DNA from: Chrysomallon squamiferum
Lineage: Eukaryota > Animalia > Mollusca
Length of the DNA stretch: 64,000 bases
Assembly: GCA_012295275.1 (NCBI GenBank)
Contig: CM022670.1
Location: forward strand, 6,324,001 to 6,388,000
Reading direction: 5' to 3'
Below are positions 56,435-64,000 of the stretch, in pieces. The notes beneath the pieces were generated by a model. The model was not told where the DNA came from. It did no database searches and was given only the letters and a program-made list of their open reading frames with translations. How positions within the stretch are numbered: the first letter of the stretch is position 1; the number at the start of each line of letters is the position of its first letter. The position numbers and the translations under genes were made by a program.

Positions 56435-56954
56435 TTATTTTTTTAAATATTTATTTATTTATTTATTATTATTTAAATACTTTTTGCTGCTTTCCTCAAA
56501 AATTGTTTTGCCAGTTTATTAAAATCGTGATTTATGTTGACGTCACACAGAGAAATGCAACTAAAAAAATGTTCTGTTAATTAATACGAGTACATCTCTT
56601 TCAGACTGTAATTAATTACAAAAATCAAACACGTAGCTTATTATAGAGATACATTTAAATATCGATTATTAAGCACTTTTTTTTTCACAGAAAACTCTAA
56701 CGAGAAATCTGCTCTCTTTGAAAAGTAAGCAACATCTAAAGACTTATTTTTTTTACACAGAATTCCACTTATATATCAAGTAATAAGAAATAACTAAATA
56801 ATGAAAAGTCAAAAATAAACTTGTCTGTCGGAGAGCTCGTTTATGTCTTTTTAAAAATGTATTTGATGGTAATTTTCATAATTTTGTTTTGTTTCCTTCT
56901 CTCCGTCTGTCTGTCTTCCGTATTTATCAATTCATTTCTTTTTGTTCTGTAATA

Positions 56955-57015
<61 letters not shown>

Positions 57016-57930
57016 TGATGTGACAATAATAAATATCATGATGATGACATAAAATGACGATGATGATGATGATAATAATGATCATGATAACGACAATAAT
57101 GATGATGATGATAATAATGATGATCATGATAACGACAATAATAATAATAATGATGATGATGATGATAATTAGGAGATGGAGGATATGAAAGCATATGTTT
57201 ACTTTCTTTCATTCCAATCTTTCTTTTTATTTCCCCTTCTATTTTCGTTTCTATTTTGTCTTTCCAAAGTTTTTCTTTTTCTTACTTTCTTTCTTTTTTA
57301 TCCTCATTTCCTCTTCTGTTTTTTTTTTCATTCCTTCCTTCGTGTACTTTATACAACAGTTGACTAATTATACAGACAATATTAACAAAGTTTCACAGGA
57401 GAAGCCATAATCCCCAGACGTCCAGACGTTATAAAAAATCTTTTATCTCGACAGTTACCTATTTTTCTCAAAGTACGACAATATGTTTATGGAGATCAGC
57501 ATATTACGAAAAAGTCCACCATTGATCTTTGCTTTGCATTTCATTAACTTTATGATAAAAGAGAAAGAAGATATAAAAATTAATGAAAACGGAAGGAGTC
57601 GATAATGGGACTAATTGTTTGCCGGAAAGAACATGAAAACGTGTATAACACACCTGCTTCCATTTCCAGTGTACAGTGTAACGACGTCTGCTCTTTGGTA
57701 TGAATAATTTAATCCTAGCATTTCACAATATTTGTATTCGATAATTTAACAATTTGTTTTCTGTAAAAACTTATTTTCAAGAGACTTCTGTACCAGAGAT
57801 ACGTTAATGACAGTAATTTAAAAACAAAAAACAAAAAAAAACGTTCTCTTTCGTCAATACTGTTTCCTAGTGAAACATAGTAACCCAGTAACATGTGTTT
57901 ATTATATGTCATTATATAAATATGTGTTTA

Positions 57931-58085
57931 GGAACTAAGGTGTGGCTAACTGGTTAGATCACTGACCTGAGACATGACAGTATGCAGGTTCAGTCCTTGT
58001 CGGTCCGCCTTGGCTTCTCAAACGTTGTAGTGTGTACTACCATGTCTGTGGAAAGATTAATGTAAAAAAATCCTTTGATGCTAAT
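57931..58085 (+). mobile_element. Degraded tRNA-derived SINE
   Basis: A box TGGCTAACTGG (57943) and B-box-like GGTTCAGTCC (57987) at tRNA spacing, followed by a non-tRNA body. Confidence 0.6.
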
Positions 58086-59135
58086 ATATAACATTAATCT
58101 TTTAAATAAATAAATGGATGGATGGATAAGCACATAAATAGATAGACAGATAGGTAGGTAGGTAGATAGGAATGTAAGTAAGTAGGTGCGTGTAGAAATG
58201 GATAGACTCTAGTTAGATAGACAAGCATATGTGACTAGTATATTCTTATTAAAATAAATTATTTACAGTTAAATAAATAAGTAAATAGATAAAAGATTTA
58301 CTCAAATGTTTTGTCCTTTTAATTTTTATCTTCGAACTGACGTCACAAAAAGATAACTTGTCATTTCTTCAGGCTTGTTGATTGCTTGTTATAATTTTAT
58401 TATTTGCAAAGGCTGGCGACCAAGGACAAATAACGTAATGACCTGAAAAAGTACATTCTTTATTCTGTGTACTTCTTGGTCAAGAAACATTACCTGTTTT
58501 CATAAGTTAATTATTTTTATTACTAATATTTTTTCCACGCTATTAAAAATAGCGGAAACTCAAGTATTACTTTTAATTAGCGGTGATTATTATCTGGTGC
58601 TATTCAGATGAAAACTTAATAGATTGGTAAATTGTGACAAGACTTGTACTTAGTAACCGAAGGAGAAAGTAAGTAATTTATTTTGAGACAATATAATGTT
58701 TTAAAACGCAATATTTGCTGTAGTTTACAGAGACGAAAGTCATTAACAAAGTATGTGAAACAGAAGTATATTACTCAAAGATGTTTTCTAAATGGTATTG
58801 TTATGGCTTCAGTTACCCATTTTCTTGGTAGATTAAAGTGATTTATGAAAAAAATCCACAAAAAATAAAACTCATTTTACATCACAGATATTTAATAAAT
58901 GTATAGATCTTTTACTAAATAGAAGACACATAATCCAGATTGGAAATATACGTGTGCTTGTGTGTTTTGTTTGCGTGTTTGTGTATGTGTGTTTATGTGC
59001 GTTTATATGTGTAGCTATGAACAGAAACTGACTAACAGAATGGACATTTCAATGGAATAGAAAAAATTGATAAATAAATGGACCGGTGTTGTTGCTGCTG
59101 CTATATGACGTCATCATCACTATCATCACCATCAT

Positions 59136-59188
<53 letters not shown>

Positions 59189-61960
59189 GTTAATGTTAAT
59201 CTCTCATACGGACACTCATGAATACTTGAACAGTTGAGTTTTTAAACTAACATTACATTCATGTTGTAAGTAAGTTTGCAAACTGTCAGTTGTGAACTTG
59301 ACGATTTTAACATTTAACCCAGGTAACAGAACAACTAACGCAACGACGTAATCAACACAACAGTTAGGTCATTTACTCAGTCAAAACGTTACACTAAATC
59401 AACATGTGATCAATGGAAAGTATTGTCCTGCTTACAAACGTCGTCACTCTAATAACTTGTGTTTTTTTTTCTACTAATGCAGTTGTGTTGTCCCCTGCTT
59501 TCTCGGTTCCGGAATTTCAACGCAAAGCTATGGATTATCGCCCTCATAAAATTTATCTCAACTGCAACTGTGATAAAAAAAAATTAAAAAAAAGATTAAA
59601 TCGTGCATAAACGACACTGCACAAACCTCAGAATGATGAAAGGAAAAAGTATTTAATTACTGGGAACTGTTAAATGGTGGAAAGAAAAGGTGTCGAGTAT
59701 TTTTGTTGTTTTTTATTTCAGTGATTTGATTTTTTTTCTGTTTATACGACTCCAGTCACTGGTTTCTTTTCGTTTTAATGTGTTTACGTCTATTGATTGA
59801 CGTTTATTTTTTTTAACTTTATTTTTTTTATTTTTTTTTAATTTTTAAAATTTTTATCTCTGGTTCATTCAGCATGACTCTCATCCTGTGTTTCATGTTT
59901 CTCTTCGTGGTAAGTATAGTAAGATATTCTCCGCATTGATGATTTTGTTTTATTATATCACGTTTCAAATTTTTTACTTGTTTCTTTTGTTTCTCTCAAA
60001 TCCTTTTTCCTTACACATTTCCATGTCCTCATTCCGTTTTCCTTTTTTCTTTCTCTTTTATAACCTTTTCTTATTAATTTTGCCTTTCCTTTGTTTTTCT
60101 GTTGGTTTTTTTAGTTGGTTTTTTGTTGTTCATTTTCTTTTTCATTCTTTCTTCAACTGCTTCTTAAAAATTTCTGTTTCTCTCTGGTCTTTTGGAGGTT
60201 TTCAATTAACTAGTTCAGTGATTCAGCTGGTTTCTCATTCTTCTGCTGGTAACTACATGAAATACACGAACTAATTACAATCCGTTTTCCTTAAGCTAAT
60301 TCATTCGGTTTAATGGAAAACGGACAGATGATGTATAGCAGAGATTTATTGTCTTTGCATAGGTGTACGTGTGCGTGCTCGCGTATCTGAACGCACGTGT
60401 GTATTTATATAATGTGGGTTTTCTGAATGTCTGATTATGTGCGTATGTGTGTATTTATATCTGTATTTATATTATGCAAATATCTCCCGTATGTTTAGTT
60501 AATGTTTATATATGCATGTGTGTGTGTGTATGTTTGTGTATGTATTCAAGTGTATGTGTGCGATTTGATTATGTACCTATGTTCCTGTTTAATCATATAT
60601 TTACGTGTTTTTGTTGTGCGTCATCTATGCGTATGTATCTACGCTGGCAAAAGGTTATATTGATTTAAATAAGAATAACCGCATAGTGATGTGTTACTGC
60701 TTTTTTTAACGATCCATTAGTGATACAAGTTTTTTTTATTGACATAATTTGTATTTGCTTTGAGACAAAATACATATGATCGGATAGAAGGTTTTATCAC
60801 GGGTTAGAAATGCTTGACAAATACACAAAAGTTTGCAAATATTTCTATTATGTTACTCGAAACTGTCAACATAGATGTTGTGTCGCTAACACAGGGAAAA
60901 AACTGATCTGGTATAAAACCTAGCAATTATTTCTTTTCTTTTTGGCTTAATTTGTTTATTTAAAGAAAGAATAATGTTTAAAAAGGAAAGGAAAAGAAAG
61001 AGAGAAAAAAATAAAATAAAACACATCTTGTTGTTATTAGAAACAGGTTATTCTCTCAAAGCTATACATCTAAGTTATCCAGTGTTGTAAGAAAAATTAT
61101 TGAATATGTCCTTTAGATATGTCATTTAAAAAGTAAAAACAGAAACAGAGGAAGGAAGAAAATTACAAATAAAGATTTATATATTTTATAAGATTTAATT
61201 GTGATTGATACAGTTTTTCTTGTCAATCAACAGTAACTGACAGTTATAGAGCACAGCATAATATTAATAAATATATAGATAGATAAATTCTAATACGCAT
61301 GCGTAGTCTCAATCGCATCACCAGTCGCCTTTCAGGATATTAATTTCTGCAAGATGATGTTCTTCGATCTCGTCGCGACATTTAAACCAACAACAACAAC
61401 AAACAACAAACAAACAACATATCAAAATAGATTCCTGTTCATTATGTATGTCAGTCTGAAAACTTTAACTTCCTGACAAAAGAGTTCTGATATCTAAAAA
61501 CACAGTTTGAGAGGTTGTTGCCTCTGATTTGTTTTCCCCATTGAACACGTCAAGCTAAAAAATATAACGTTTAACGATGTATTCATTAATGTATCTGCTG
61601 AATTAACGTATTATATTTGTATTAATATATTGTTATCATGCTTGCATTAATTTTTCCTGTTTGTATTAAGATATCATATTTTTATTAATATCATGTATAT
61701 ATATTTTTATTAAAACATTTTTATATTAATGTATAGTGTTTGTTTTAATATCTCACATTTTTATTACTATATAAAATTTTATTAACGTTTCAATTTTTTT
61801 ATTAGTATATAATGCTTTTAATAATGTATTACTTTTGTGTCTTGTTCAAATTAATATACTTTTTTTCATTTTTGTATTGGTATATCGATGTCTTAATAAA
61901 CATATCACTTATTTAATTAATCTACATAACTGTACAGTACGACATGATATGGACGGGTAG

Positions 61961-61990
61961 CTCCGCCTACATTTGCATTAGGGGCGTGGC
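61961..61990 (+). promoter_or_regulatory. GC-box / octamer / GC-box module upstream of the GPCR
   Basis: CTCCGCCT, ATTTGCAT (61971-61978) and GGGGCGTGGC packed into 30 bp in AT-rich DNA. Confidence 0.4.
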
Positions 61991-62285
61991 TTGTAATAAA
62001 CAATTATGTGCCAGATTAGTTGTGTTATGATGAAAAAGAACAACGTTCTGTAGTTGGCGATGTTTAGTTGGTTACTCTAACAAGTAAAAATGAAGAAGTA
62101 TAAAAAGAGAGAAAATGCTGAAATTGCTGAGATCAGAGACAGCTTGGGATTTCTGAACACAGTCACATTACGTGAACATTTTGTAAGCATCATTTGTGAT
62201 TCTTGTCATCGTCATCTTGTTCCTACATCATCATCGTCACCTTGTTCCTACATCATCATCATCATCATCAGTTTACTTCATTTAT

Positions 62286-62317
<32 letters not shown>

Positions 62318-63118
62318 GCGTTGTAATTTCGTGTTTTGACGTTGTAGGGATGAGGTAAAACAAATCTGACTAGAAAGACATGGACCATCAACGTCATCAT
62401 CGTCATCATCATCATCATCATCATTTTAAATATTCTCTGTGGTTTAAACAGCCAAAGAACACGTAAAAACTTTATATTTAATGAATAAGTTTGATAATTA
62501 TTTCTTCTTTTCTTTTTATTTTTCAGATGTTTTATTTGTAAGACTACGTTGTTGTTGGATTTCTCTCCTCTTCAGAAGTTACGTTCTCCAGAAAGAATGG
62601 AGTGATTTCATTTTTTTTTTTTTTTAAAAAGATCAAAACTGGAGTGCTGAAAATAATCTGTTTCCTTAACAGAATTTTTACACACAAAATCTTCTTTGTT
62701 TGAAAAATAACACGTGTGCAGAAAAATCTTCATTATTTGGAAAGTAAAATGGATATTTCATAAAAATTAGATTTGCTTCTTCATGGATATTCTGGGGTAA
62801 AGTAATAGTTTTTAAAATAAATTTAATAGCTTAAAGAAAAAGACAAAATTTATTTACAACAACGATTTTTGTAGTTAAAAACAGGACTGTATGAAAAAAA
62901 AAATCGTTTCCTTGAAATGTAAATATTTGTGCTATGATGGAAAAGAAAATTGTTTATATAATACTTGATATTTTTAAAGCTACTTGATAATTTTACAGAC
63001 CTATTCATTTTTTATGGGTTATTTCATTTTTTGCAATCGTTTTTATGTGAATAATTGATTTTATTTTTAAATTTAGTGTTGTTAAAAGGAAAATTCCATT
63101 CAAATTTTCAGTTGTTCC

Positions 63119-63180
<62 letters not shown>

Positions 63181-63719
63181 TGTCGTTTTTATAACGAATA
63201 AGATAAAAACAAGAAATTTTTTTAAATTTTTTTAGTCAGTGGTAACATTTAAGATTAACTTTGAACATACAAGATATAAACAACGAACATTACTCTTTTT
63301 AAGGTAAAAGTTAGTTTACTTGCCAATGGGTGTCAAGAACAGTGTCAGTCAATAAGAAAAAGAACAGAGAAAGAAACAATATTACATTTTTTTTAAATCA
63401 AACAAAATAAAGATAAAAAGATATGAATGCATAGGTGGTCTAAGTAAATTTAGCTAAATCAATTTTTCTTTTGGGCTTATTCATTTTTTTTGTATATTTT
63501 TATTTGACTTTTTTAAACATTCACTTTTAATTTATTTATCAAAAACAAATAATTACTTTATCGTTTATCGATATTAAAAAAAAAAAAGAAAAGAAAAAAA
63601 AAATATTTAGAAAGTCGATTCATTTTATCTAAACATAACAAAAGTGACTATTTGAAGAGTCGAATGAGGATAATTAATAAAGCTGATAACATTTTCACCA
63701 AGCGAAGAGTTATGACGTC

Positions 63720-64000
63720 ATGACAGGAAACGTGACCAACTACACGGACTCGGAGTTTGAGATTTATCTGCTTCCTGTCTCCATTCTTGTTCCTGTTCTC
63801 GCCGTCGTCATCCCTCTCATCATCATGGCTGTCGTCGGCAACGCCCTCGTCATCATCTCGTACCTCAAAGACAAGACGCTGCAGACCGTGCACAACATGT
63901 ACATCTTCAACCTCGCCATCGCCGACTTCTTCATCGGGCTGTCCAGCATGAACTTCTACGTGGTCTACACCGTGACGGTGTGGCACTGGCCCCTGGGTCG
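63720..64000 (+). CDS. Class A aminergic GPCR, muscarinic/histamine-H3-like, 5' portion (TM1, TM2, ECL1); runs off the window
   Basis: MTGNVTNYTDSEFEIYLLPVSILVPVLAVVIPLIIMAVVGNALVIISYLKDKTLQTVHNMYIFNLAIADFFIGLSSMNFYVVYTVTVWHWPLG: N-glycosylation sequons, GNxLV, NLAIADF, WPLG. Confidence 0.95.
   Translation, partial: MTGNVTNYTDSEFEIYLLPVSILVPVLAVVIPLIIMAVVGNALVIISYLKDKTLQTVHNMYIFNLAIADFFIGLSSMNFYVVYTVTVWHWPLG

Noticed and set aside
57931-58000. Functional tRNA gene
   Set aside because: Degenerate B box, no consistent cloverleaf stems, continues into a SINE-like body; the same applies to the B box at 27781.
63648-63986. 112-aa minus-strand ORF and other overlapping ORFs
   Set aside because: Antisense or alternate-frame shadows of the high-GC3 GPCR exon.

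Overview
Eukaryotic (metazoan, probably molluscan; inferred from repeat style only) AT-rich, microsatellite-dense DNA. Nearly all ORFs in the supplied track are microsatellite artefacts; the real genes are spliced. (1) A complete 8-exon aspartylglucosaminidase gene (AGA, + strand, 39499-43937, 344 aa). (2) A candidate two-coding-exon 145-aa gene I cannot assign to a family (+, 49574-52628), with a CRE/TATA promoter and a deleted Tigger/pogo transposon in its intron. (3) The 5' end of a muscarinic/histamine-H3-like aminergic GPCR (+, 63720 to window end). (4) Across the left 39 kb, a series of ATG-initiated minus-strand exons that each end in a phase-1 splice donor, best read as alternative first exons of one gene whose shared exons lie left of the window. 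Other signals: 15 perfect CRE palindromes (12 in 44.5-63.7 kb), three perfect DR5 nuclear-receptor elements, an 82-bp-arm inverted repeat around an (AT)n tract, and several minisatellites. All calls were made by eye without database searches.
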